This document shows positions 52,580-60,894 of a stretch of DNA of 64,000 nt, piece by piece. The stretch's first letter is position 1, and each line of letters starts with the position of its first letter. Source of the stretch: Desulfobacterales bacterium (GTDB lineage: Bacteria; Desulfobacterota; Desulfobacteria; Desulfobacterales; JAFDDL01); NCBI GenBank assembly GCA_963677545.2, contig CAXXKH010000048.1, positions 11,048 through 75,047 on the forward strand, given 5' to 3'. Both the position numbers and the translations under genes were made by a program. Under the pieces are notes generated by a model that searched no databases, was not told the origin of the DNA, and saw nothing but the letters and a program-made list of their open reading frames with translations.

Positions 52580-52731
52580 CAGGCAGGTCTTCTGACTTTC
52601 GGATCGTCCTACCGGCTGCGCCTTCCCGGCCTTTCGGCCAGTGGCATCATGCAGCTTTCGTCCCCGATTACAGCGGCGGGCCCGCCCCCGATTCCCACGG
52701 GGTTCCCTGTTAAGCTCGTTAGAGCACCTTT
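52580..52731 (-). ncRNA. Cobalamin riboswitch 7, leader of the nitrogenase-like operon
   Basis: Near-identical to riboswitches 4-6; TTGACA on the - strand at 52777-52772. Confidence 0.93.
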
Positions 52732-52850
52732 GCAAATGTATTCGCCTGTTCATATAAAGTGCTGAAAAATATGTCAAGCCGAAAGAGACAGTGGAACAGG
52801 GTAACCGCATTTGGATTTTTATAAGGCGCTATGGCTGTTTCAAGAGAATG

Positions 52851-52885
52851 AACGTCGAACATCGAACATCCAACGTCCAATTTTG
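52851..52885. repeat. Degenerate 7-bp tandem repeat
   Basis: AACGTCG AACATCG AACATCC AACGTCC AATTTTG. Confidence 0.75.
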
Positions 52886-53037
52886 AATATTGATTTGTCG
52901 GATAGATATGTTAAATACAGGCTATCAGCACATCCGGGCAACGTGAGGGGAAAGCGGTTGGATTGATATAAAACACGGCGTTTCCCCCCTTATATCCCCA
53001 AAACCTGAATCGGCGCGGGGTTTGTTTACAGCACATT

Positions 53038-53418
53038 ATGAGACGACGGCAACTAGGCATATACGGACTGATCCTGTTTGTGGTGGGGACTTTGATTGTT
53101 CCCATCATGCACAAGTGGGAGCTGTATCACGCCCATAACGACGGGACCGGAAACACGTGTCATCCGTGTTGCTCGCACAAGCATTCGTCGGATTGTGAGA
53201 CGCCGGATTCTTCGCGAAACTCCCAACCGACCAAAAAACACCACGATCCTTCCACCTGCCCGATCTGTCAGCTTGCGAAAATGCCGGTCACTATAGCGGA
53301 GGTTGGGATTCCCGAGGTGCAATTCGAGCCGATCGAAATCGCACCGCCAATCACACCGCAACAACCGGAGTTCAAAACCCCACGCCTTCTGCCATTTTCC
53401 TGCGGGCCTCCTGTTTGA
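53038..53418 (+). CDS. DUF2946-like His/Cys-rich leader protein
   Basis: N-terminal hydrophobic segment, HHD..TCPICQ, Pro-rich tail ending SCGPPV; upstream of a TonB receptor. Confidence 0.75.
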   Translation: MRRRQLGIYGLILFVVGTLIVPIMHKWELYHAHNDGTGNTCHPCCSHKHSSDCETPDSSRNSQPTKKHHDPSTCPICQLAKMPVTIAEVGIPEVQFEPIEIAPPITPQQPEFKTPRLLPFSCGPPV

Positions 53419-53525
53419 TTCTGCTCCACACATAATCGCATTCATACATCGTTCATACGCAACGCCTTTGTAGAGGTGCGTGTATGGATTGTCCCCGAAC
53501 AGAATCACTTGAAGGAGTTCGTGCT

Positions 53526-55550
53526 ATGAAAAGAATATTTGTGTTTATTACAGCCGTGCTGTATTGCGCGTCGTTTGTTTGTGCCGAGGAAGTCTTCACG
53601 CTTCCGGACTTAGTGGTGACGGCAACCGGAAGCGAGAAAGAGTTGTTTGATACATCTCTGCCCATGAATCTGTTGGAAAACAGCGATCTGGAGGAGAAAA
53701 TTGCGGTCTCAGTGGCTGAGATCTTTCAGGAAGAGCCCGGTGTGGATGTGGTGACTACGGGACCGGGGAGTGTACACCCCATGATCCGTGGGCTCTACGG
53801 TGAGCGGGTGCTCGTGCTTATCAATGGCGTACGCCTGTCCGAACAGCGCCCCGGAGGCAATCATGTGTTGTCACTCGATCCCGCGCGGATTGAGCGCGTC
53901 GAAGTGGTTCGCGGCCCGGCATCGGTGCTCTATGGTTCCGATGCAATCGGAGGCGTGATTAACTTCATCACGAAGCGTGCCGGCGAGGAAACCTCACCCG
54001 AAGCCCGTTTCGGCGGCGAAGCAGATATTCGGTATAGTAGCGCAACGGACGGTTTAAAGGAGTCGGCGCACCTGCGTTTCGGTCGGGGCCGCTTCAACGG
54101 CTATGCCGGGGGAACCTACAGGGACACAGGCAACGTCGAAACCCCGGAAGGCGAGCTTTCGAACAGCTTTTACGACGGCTACACAGTCTGGGGCGGCGGC
54201 AATTATATCGCCGACCGATGGAAGGCATACGCCGATTATTCGCTTATAGAAGCGGACATCGGCATCCCCGGCCCCGCCGCCTTTGCCGAGGACTATTTCA
54301 AAGGCGAGAAGCATCAGCGGCTTTCACTTGGGTTTGAAGCCGACGGGTTCGACAGTGCCGCCGAACGCTTCAACATCGATTTTGGTTGGCAGCGGCATAA
54401 CAGGCATCGTTACCGCCGCAAAACGGACGCCATACCGCCTGTCATTCAGGGCGACCTCGAAGTCAATATCCGGGTCGACATCGACACCTATACGCTTAAG
54501 CCGCAAATGGTTCTTGTTCCCAACGACACGCACCGGGTGGCGATCGGCCTGGACACGTTCTACGAAAACGCGACGTCCGACCGCACACTCCGGGACAGCG
54601 CTTCGTCCTGGGTGAATCCGGGTTTCGATGGTGTTCCCGTTATTCCGGATTCGACGCGTTTTGGCGTAGGTGCGTTTGTGCAGGACGAGATAACCCTGGG
54701 CGACCGCTGGATTGTTACGCCGGGACTCCGTGGGGACTGGATTGAAGCACAAACCGACGGGCATCCCCGCCATCAGCTGACAGGTAAGGAGACATCCGAA
54801 AGCAGCGCGATAAGCGGGAATCTCGGCCTGCTTTTTAGGGTAAGTAACGAAATCAATCTTTACGGCAATGTGGGGCGAGCGTTCCGTTCACCAACCCTGC
54901 TGGAGCTGTATTTCTATGGGCCGCACGACGTCGGAAACGACATCGGCGATCCGGACCTCGATCCCGAAAAAAGCTGGAACTTCGATATCGGGCTGAAAAT
55001 CCGGACCGATCGACTTCAGACAATGATCAGCGTTTTCTACAACACGGTCGACGACTACATCATCAAGGAGAACCAGGGAGACGGCAACTACTACTATATG
55101 AACTACGCTGAAGTATCCCTGTATGGCGCCGAAGCGGGCCTGGATTACGATTTTGGCAGCGGCTTCTCGGCGTTCGCCTCCGTTTCGTATGTGCGTGGAG
55201 AGAATGACGATTCGGGGGAAGATCTTACGGGCATTCCGCCGTTGAAAGGCCGATACGGGGTGCGCTACGATGCGATACTGGGTGCAAAAAATCGACTCTG
55301 GGTGGAACTCGCCGGGATGACCGCCACGGACCAGGATGAGACCGGTCCCAACGAGCGCGAGACCGATGGCTACACACGCGGCGACGTTCGTGTGGGAGTC
55401 GATATCGGCGAGACATGGCGCTTCGTGGCGGCCGTTGAAAACGTCTCCGATGAACTATACCAGGATCACCTCTCGTCAGCATGGCAGTCGTTCGGATTGA
55501 ACGATCAATCCGGCCGAAATGTGAAGGTGATGGTTAAGGCGAGATTCTGA
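53526..55550 (+). CDS. TonB-dependent receptor (metal/heme-type, not riboswitch-linked)
   Basis: RBS AAGGAG, signal peptide, LVVTAT, IERVEVVRGPASVLYGSDAIGGVINFIT, FRSP, Y.DHLS, C-terminal F. Confidence 0.93.
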   Translation: MKRIFVFITAVLYCASFVCAEEVFTLPDLVVTATGSEKELFDTSLPMNLLENSDLEEKIAVSVAEIFQEEPGVDVVTTGPGSVHPMIRGLYGERVLVLINGVRLSEQRPGGNHVLSLDPARIERVEVVRGPASVLYGSDAIGGVINFITKRAGEETSPEARFGGEADIRYSSATDGLKESAHLRFGRGRFNGYAGGTYRDTGNVETPEGELSNSFYDGYTVWGGGNYIADRWKAYADYSLIEADIGIPGPAAFAEDYFKGEKHQRLSLGFEADGFDSAAERFNIDFGWQRHNRHRYRRKTDAIPPVIQGDLEVNIRVDIDTYTLKPQMVLVPNDTHRVAIGLDTFYENATSDRTLRDSASSWVNPGFDGVPVIPDSTRFGVGAFVQDEITLGDRWIVTPGLRGDWIEAQTDGHPRHQLTGKETSESSAISGNLGLLFRVSNEINLYGNVGRAFRSPTLLELYFYGPHDVGNDIGDPDLDPEKSWNFDIGLKIRTDRLQTMISVFYNTVDDYIIKENQGDGNYYYMNYAEVSLYGAEAGLDYDFGSGFSAFASVSYVRGENDDSGEDLTGIPPLKGRYGVRYDAILGAKNRLWVELAGMTATDQDETGPNERETDGYTRGDVRVGVDIGETWRFVAAVENVSDELYQDHLSSAWQSFGLNDQSGRNVKVMVKARF

Positions 55551-55561
55551 TATAAGCTGAC

Positions 55562-55628
55562 ATCCGATGCCTCCCGAAGGTGCGCATCAAAGTAATGCAA
55601 TGAGCACATCCTCAGGGGGGCATCGGAT
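55562..55628. terminator. Long hairpin between convergent genes
   Basis: ATCCGATGCC...GGCATCGGAT perfect 10-bp arms with imperfect inner stem. Confidence 0.6.
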
Positions 55629-55648
55629 TTGTTGGGCCAGCTCAAATA

Positions 55649-55807
55649 TTATTTTTTGGTCATCTCCTTGCCGCAACACATCAGGGGAACACTGCAGGCA
55701 TCCTCCGATCCGGTACTACAGGCACACGCTTTTTTTACTGCCAGTTCCAGACCGCATGCCTCGCAGTAAAACAGATCGCCTTCTTTCATGTCACAACATT
55801 TTGCCAT
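55649..55807 (-). CDS. Small Cys-rich protein, desulforedoxin-like
   Basis: RBS AGGAGG; 52 aa with 9 Cys: CC, YCEACG, CAC, C, LMCCGKEM. Confidence 0.75.
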   Translation of the reverse strand: MAKCCDMKEGDLFYCEACGLELAVKKACACSTGSEDACSVPLMCCGKEMTKK

Positions 55808-56067
55808 GGGAAAACCTCCTTTTGTTGTTTTGCCGGGGTAATGAATTCCTCTTTTTAACCCTTTGGGCTTATATCTGTCAAACAAAGGGCACGTTGCGGC
55901 CTTGGTTGTCAGTGTCGAGACCGGTGAAACCAGTTGTTGCCATGTTCGTTGATTTTGCCAATCAGGTCGACAGTGCCGGCGATTTCATCGATGACATCAA
56001 TTCCATCATCGTAGTGGATCCATCGGTATTGATCACTTCGTAGGAACCTGTCCCCATTTCACATTAC

Positions 56068-56161
56068 AGCCAATTTTACGTTCCATTTTGACCGATCTCA
56101 ATGGAAGCGAACTGCCTCGGGATTGATCCCCTTGTGCCAGGAAAACGTTTTGAAAATGGCT
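56068..56161. repeat. Miniature inverted-repeat element, copy C (94 bp)
   Basis: AGCCAATTTTACG...CGTTTTGAAAATGGCT; interior similar to copy B. Confidence 0.8.
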
Positions 56162-56314
56162 CAACAGTTAAATATCATTGATAATATTAAGAGCCTTGAG
56201 GACAAAAGCAACTATTAAAATAAACCATATGAGTCTTTTCCACCATCGTTTTTGTTTTTCAGTTGCTCCAAAATGAAAAACATCTGTTTCATTCGCCATC
56301 CCCCACCAGCCCCA

Positions 56315-56379
56315 ACCAAACTTCGCGATTCAGTGGCGCGCGGCTCTTTGCGCGACCGACTGCAAGCGCCTTGTTGGGT
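56315..56379 (-). mobile_element. Integron attC-like site 1
   Basis: - strand ACCCAAC-N5-GCTTGCAG...CTGAATC-N5-GTTTGGT with one extrahelical base. Confidence 0.65.
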
Positions 56380-56872
56380 TTTGTATAAATTGCATCACCT
56401 CGTCTACGTTTTTTAGACGAATTTTTGTTTTAAAAAAGTTTTCATAAATCACGGAATGGCCATAATATGAACTCTTACTTTTTCTCTCGTAATACTGAGA
56501 TGCCCAAGTGATTAATTCTTTAAGCCCTGCTTCTGATTCTTCTCTGCCCATATGTTTTTTGCTTTCTGAGCCCCTATTTTGGAGCCTTTTAAGGCAGATA
56601 TCACACGGTAGATCAAGCCATATAACAGATTGAGCATCATCCAAATAGGACTCTGCTATATGTCCAAATACCCCTTCAGCAATCCAAGAATCTGAACGCT
56701 TGCTTTGCTGAATCATACTTTGAACTTTTTTGATTTCTCGTGGTGTATCAAACCCACCTGGTTCCCAGAAAATCTCATCAAAATGAATAATAGGTATTGA
56801 AAAATTTGCTGAAAGTTTTTTTGCTAACCAAGTTTTACCACTCCCACTATTTCCTAAAATGATCGATCTCAT
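56330..56872 (-). CDS. P-loop NTPase, adenylate-kinase/FlaR-like; probable gene cassette
   Basis: GNSGSGKT, H.D.IFWEPG, WIAEG, IWLDLP; visibly AT-rich relative to neighbours; flanked by attC-like sites. Confidence 0.85.
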   Translation of the reverse strand: MRSIILGNSGSGKTWLAKKLSANFSIPIIHFDEIFWEPGGFDTPREIKKVQSMIQQSKRSDSWIAEGVFGHIAESYLDDAQSVIWLDLPCDICLKRLQNRGSESKKHMGREESEAGLKELITWASQYYERKSKSSYYGHSVIYENFFKTKIRLKNVDEVMQFIQNPTRRLQSVAQRAARH

Positions 56873-56884
56873 ATTGTGACCCAA

Positions 56885-56944
56885 AAACAACAATTGAACT
56901 CACGGGCACCGCTTTATCGCCTCCCGTGAAGTGAAGGGTTAGTG
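56885..56944 (-). mobile_element. Integron attC-like site 2
   Basis: - strand CACTAAC-N5-ACTTCACG...CGTGAGT-N6-GTTGTTT; L boxes pair fully except one extrahelical T. Confidence 0.7.
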
Positions 56945-56947
56945 GCT

Positions 56948-57031
56948 TTACTTATCGCCTTGACTCTCAACAAAAACCGCGCCTGTCTTTACTGGATCAA
57001 AACCTTCCGGCCACTTCGTAGAAGAATCATA
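56948..57031 (-). pseudogene. 3' remnant of a cassette gene resembling a pentapeptide-repeat protein C-terminus
   Basis: YDSSTKWPEGFDPVKTGAV...DK* ending just before attC-like site 2. Confidence 0.45.
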
Positions 57032-57528
57032 TGCAGTTTTCTGACATTACATGATCGTTACCAAGATTAAAATCTCCCAATCAGCCTTGAAGCCGCGTAT
57101 GCGGTGCTGGTTGCGTAAAGAATGTTTGCGGCTTTCCGGCATTCGCCGATCATGTGGAAGTCCTTTGCGCAGCGGCTGAATTTCAAAGCTTCGTCATGGA
57201 GAGGCATATGTCTGGAGTTTCTGTTTATTATCGTCTCCACAGCTCGGCGTTGGAATTTATCCCGCCGTCGGCACACGACAATTGTTCTTCTCCCAAGACC
57301 AGGTTTACCTGTAACCTCTCAGTAACCCCATGCCTGAACCGGCAAGCCGGAGTCGACGGTCTGCAGTCGGCAGTCAACAGCCGGCGGATTGAAATCTATT
57401 TCATTTTCCATTAACCTTATCGAAAGATGCACGCTTTTGCGTGTATGTTTCTGAGAAAGGGTCTATAATGTTCGGGTCTTCTCTAAACTCCAATGGCAAG
57501 TAAAGATTTGAATAAAAATCTCATTCCG

Positions 57529-58458
57529 CTATTCTTTAGCCTTGGAATCCAGATCCTTTACACATCTAAACCCAACCGCAAAATCACACCAGTTCCCGGA
57601 GAGTCCTTTCCGGTAATACACTCTTTTACACATCGCTCCTGAATGCCAGCTACCGCCTCGAATCAATCGAAAGCTCCCTTTTTCCGGACCTTTGGGATTA
57701 TCTTTTTCACTCACCTTGTAATAATCCCTGGAATAAATGTCGCCGATCCATTCCCAAACGTTTCCCCCCATATCGTACAAGCCATATCCGTTGGGCTCGT
57801 AGCTCTCTACAGGATTGATAAGGTTCCGCCATTGGCCGGCATCATTTCTTGCCCCTTTCTTGGTCCATTTGCTGCCGTTCGGGAAATCCATATCAACCAA
57901 TCCGCCACGGGCCGCATATTCCCACTCCGCTTCAGTCGGCAATCTTTTTCCCGCCCATTGTGCGTACCCCATGGCATCGACCCAACTAATACCAACCACC
58001 GGATAGTTCAGGTAGTCATCGCCACATCTGAAGGTATCCGAATTCCAGAATTCAGGCAGCTTTTTTCCTATCTCTTCACAAAAGCGTTTATACTCACCGT
58101 TGGTAACTTCGTGCCTGTCCATATAAAAGGAATCCACCTTCACTCTATGGGAAGGGCTGTAATTATACCCTTCTTCTGAATCCTTACCCATCATAAACTC
58201 TCCCCCCTGTATTAAAACCATGGGAGGGTCGCTTTTTTTAATTTCCTGGCCGGACGATGTCATTCCAATCAGCAAAAGGACAATAATGCAAAAGAATACT
58301 ATCTGAGCCAATTTCAAAACGCTCCATTTCGGCCGATCTCTACGTTGGGCAAAAATTTCAATCCTCGAAATACCCCAAGTATTCCTGTGGTTGAAATTTC
58401 CGCTCCGCCTTGAGCTTGACCGAACTGAAACATTTTGAAAATGGCTCGTCTTTTTCAT
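57529..58458 (-). CDS. Formylglycine-generating-enzyme (SUMF1/FGE-sulfatase) family protein with in-frame repeat insertion
   Basis: F.MG, EVTN..Y, PVV.ISW.DA, RLPTEAEWEYAARGG, NGYGLYDMGGNVWEW, RGGSW, GFRC; RBS AGAGGA before ATG 58458. Confidence 0.92.
   Translation of the reverse strand: MKKTSHFQNVSVRSSSRRSGNFNHRNTWGISRIEIFAQRRDRPKWSVLKLAQIVFFCIIVLLLIGMTSSGQEIKKSDPPMVLIQGGEFMMGKDSEEGYNYSPSHRVKVDSFYMDRHEVTNGEYKRFCEEIGKKLPEFWNSDTFRCGDDYLNYPVVGISWVDAMGYAQWAGKRLPTEAEWEYAARGGLVDMDFPNGSKWTKKGARNDAGQWRNLINPVESYEPNGYGLYDMGGNVWEWIGDIYSRDYYKVSEKDNPKGPEKGSFRLIRGGSWHSGAMCKRVYYRKGLSGNWCDFAVGFRCVKDLDSKAKE
58306..58446. repeat. Miniature inverted-repeat element, copy D (141 bp, long form), in frame within FGE gene
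   Basis: AGCCAATTTCAAAACG...CATTTTGAAAATGGCT; 47 codons with no stop on the - strand. Confidence 0.88.
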
Positions 58459-58805
58459 GTTTTTTCCTCTTGTGGGGTTGATGCCAATTTTTATGGTGTA
58501 GAGCATATAGTGTCTTATCCATTATCCCGCTGAAACGATACTGCGAAAAACAAGACGCTCTGATGTGTTGATTCAAACTTGAGACACTTGAAACTGTACT
58601 GCGGGGTGACGGATAAAAATCGGCTGGGCTGAGCCGTATTTATTATATTTTCGGTATGCTTAGCATGATATACAGGGTTTGTAAAGATCGTTGAAACTTC
58701 TATTCTCACGCAAAGCCGCCAAGATCGCCAAGAAAATTTTGATCACTTGATTGATTTTCCGGTAGCTTGACACAAATATCCCATTTGCCTATTATCCTGC
58801 CTGCC

Positions 58806-59570
58806 ATGAATAAACCCCAATGTTGCATAAAAAAGACGGAGAAAATCTCGAAAAAGGTTAGGTGCAAGAGGACTCCAGATCCTTCGTTCCCAAGGGATTG
58901 CAGTAGTTCACTACAGCTTCACCCTTGGTGCCTTGACTCTGAAGTCCTCAGGCGTTTGCAACACTGGGGTAGTCCCCCAACATTTTTGCGAATTGCACTC
59001 CTTGTGCTGGCAACGGCCTTTTTTTTTACGGGTAGCGCCGCTGCCGGGGATCAAACCGCCGAGGACATCGCTCCCCGGTACGGGCTTGCCGTTATCTCAG
59101 GCAATCCATTCGACCCGGTATCGAATATCCACTTTATTCAACTCTCGGCCTTCGGGATCTGGGATTACGACAAGGTATGGCATCACCGGGCTCCCGAGGC
59201 AATGCGCTTCAAGGTGGAAGTAAATGCCGGGGCAACTTTCACCCCCAACATCCGCACGGTCCTCTCCACGGAGATGATGGCACTTTATTATTTTAAATCT
59301 CTTTCCACGCCCCGGCTGGCGCCTTTCATCTCCACCGGTATCGGGCTCATCTATACCGATTTCCAGACAAGAGACAAAGGACCGCCCCCCGAAGAGATGG
59401 GGTCGCGGATAAACTTCAATCCACAGATCGGCATCGGGACGGAAATCAACGTTCAGGATGGTCCGCCCTTTTTTGCGGAATTCCGGATGAGCCATATCTC
59501 GAACGCCGATTTAAACGATGACAACCGGGGGCTCAACTCGGTTGTTTTTCTATTCGGACGTTTCTTTTGA
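58806..59570 (+). CDS. Acyloxyacyl hydrolase / PagL-like outer membrane beta-barrel (start uncertain)
   Basis: GIG.IYTDF, INFNPQIGIG, HISNA.L...N.G.NS, C-terminal F; TTGACA-N17-TATTAT at 58767-58795. Confidence 0.8.
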   Translation: MNKPQCCIKKTEKISKKVRCKRTPDPSFPRDCSSSLQLHPWCLDSEVLRRLQHWGSPPTFLRIALLVLATAFFFTGSAAAGDQTAEDIAPRYGLAVISGNPFDPVSNIHFIQLSAFGIWDYDKVWHHRAPEAMRFKVEVNAGATFTPNIRTVLSTEMMALYYFKSLSTPRLAPFISTGIGLIYTDFQTRDKGPPPEEMGSRINFNPQIGIGTEINVQDGPPFFAEFRMSHISNADLNDDNRGLNSVVFLFGRFF

Positions 59571-60724
59571 GCGGCAATCACACATCACCGGTGCATTGTG
59601 ATCGGACACCCGTGGTTGTCCGCAGCGCCACGGTAACCGCTCTGTCCAAAAATCTGGACGGGCTGTGGGAGAAACTCCTTTGCGGGAAAACCGCCATGGC
59701 TCCCATCACCCGGTTCAAAACAGATCATTACACTTCGAGTGTCGGGGCATGTATCGAGGATCTGCCGGCCGGCGGGCCCGCATCCATGATCCACGAACTC
59801 ATCTCACGTCTTTTTAAGAACTGGGGGACGATGCTGGCCGATACCTTCATCCTCACGGCAAGCACAAAATCCGGCATCGACAATCTCGAAAAAACACTTC
59901 GGGGGGATCCGGCGGAGACCCGGGATATCCTTCTTCCGTCTCTGCCTGATATTGTTTCCGAAAAATCAGGGCTCGCGGGCGGAGGAATCAATATCAGCGC
60001 GGCATGCGCCTCCGCGACTGTTGCCATAGCCCGGGCCGCGGCCATGATTGCATCCGGAAGAAGAGAAGTGGTGCTGGTCTGCTGCCTCGATCTTCTCACG
60101 GAATTTATCTATTCGGGATTTTCCGCCCTGAGGGCTTTGTCTCCAACCCCTCCCCGTCCCTTTGACCGCGGCAGGGACGGGCTCTCCCCGGGGGAAGGGG
60201 CCGCCGCCCTGCTTTTGATGAGCCGGGCACGAGCCGAAAAGGAGAAGATCTCTTCCCTGGGAAGCATCGCAGGATGGGGCATCGCGAACGATGCCACCCA
60301 TATCACGGCGCCCGCCCGGAACGGCTGTGGCCTGATCCAGGCGGTTCGGGGGGCACTGGAAATGTCGGGCATAGGGGCCGAAGGGATTTCAGCCGTCAGC
60401 GCCCACGGTACCGGAACGGTCTACAACGACGCCATGGAGATCACGGCGTTCAGGGAGGTGTTCGGGAAGCGGAACCTTCCGGTTTTTTCCGTCAAAGGCG
60501 CCATCGGGCATATCCTGGGGGCCGCTGGCGGCATAGAGGTCGTGCTGGGGCTGAAAACACTCTCGGAGCAGACAGCGCCGCCCACGGTGGGGCTATCGAC
60601 ACCCATGGAGGGGGCGGAAGGGATGGTCAGCGGGGAGCCGGTTGCATTTTCGGGGAACCGGCTGCTGACTACCAACTCCGGTTTCGGGGGTATCAATGCG
60701 GCTTTAATTTTAGAATCTGGATAA
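59567..60724 (+). CDS. Beta-ketoacyl-ACP synthase (FabF-like, aryl-polyene type)
   Basis: SAACAS, PFD.GRDG..PGEGA, NDA.H, AHGTGT.YND, K..IGH.LGAAG, SGFGG.N. Confidence 0.92.
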   Translation: MSGNHTSPVHCDRTPVVVRSATVTALSKNLDGLWEKLLCGKTAMAPITRFKTDHYTSSVGACIEDLPAGGPASMIHELISRLFKNWGTMLADTFILTASTKSGIDNLEKTLRGDPAETRDILLPSLPDIVSEKSGLAGGGINISAACASATVAIARAAAMIASGRREVVLVCCLDLLTEFIYSGFSALRALSPTPPRPFDRGRDGLSPGEGAAALLLMSRARAEKEKISSLGSIAGWGIANDATHITAPARNGCGLIQAVRGALEMSGIGAEGISAVSAHGTGTVYNDAMEITAFREVFGKRNLPVFSVKGAIGHILGAAGGIEVVLGLKTLSEQTAPPTVGLSTPMEGAEGMVSGEPVAFSGNRLLTTNSGFGGINAALILESG

Positions 60725-60732
60725 CAGAAAAA

Positions 60733-60822
60733 GCGATGGAAGAGGGAAGATCGCTCCGCTCGGACGAGGGAAGATAAAAAAAGCTTTTCATGCTTACATC
60801 ATCCCTCTTCCATCTTCCTTCG
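60733..60822. repeat. Inverted arrays of 7-bp purine-rich units
   Basis: GATGGAA GAGGGAA GAT...ATC ATCCCTC TTCCATC TTCCTTC. Confidence 0.6.
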
Positions 60823-60894
60823 CCGTTATGTTATTATGCTTTTCTCTGCGTCACTGCGTCTCTACGCGAGAATTGCTTTTTTAAAAGGAGTTAA

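Noticed and set aside
41167-52810. Mutually similar ORFs containing QAGLLT...ITAAGP (41167, 41975, 45128, 52565) and their reverse counterparts
   Set aside because: Translations of the repeated riboswitch sequence, not a protein family
55870-56060. Coding-like fragments next to repeat copy C
   Set aside because: No consistent frame or recognisable family
57067-57330. Possible C-terminal remnant of a flavin oxidoreductase (HMIGECRKAANILYAT)
   Set aside because: Resemblance too short and weak to support a call
58459-58506. Extended N-termini in the ORF track (also 10966, 8131, 17437, 50384, 53484, 62541)
   Set aside because: Downstream ATGs have better RBS and match family starts
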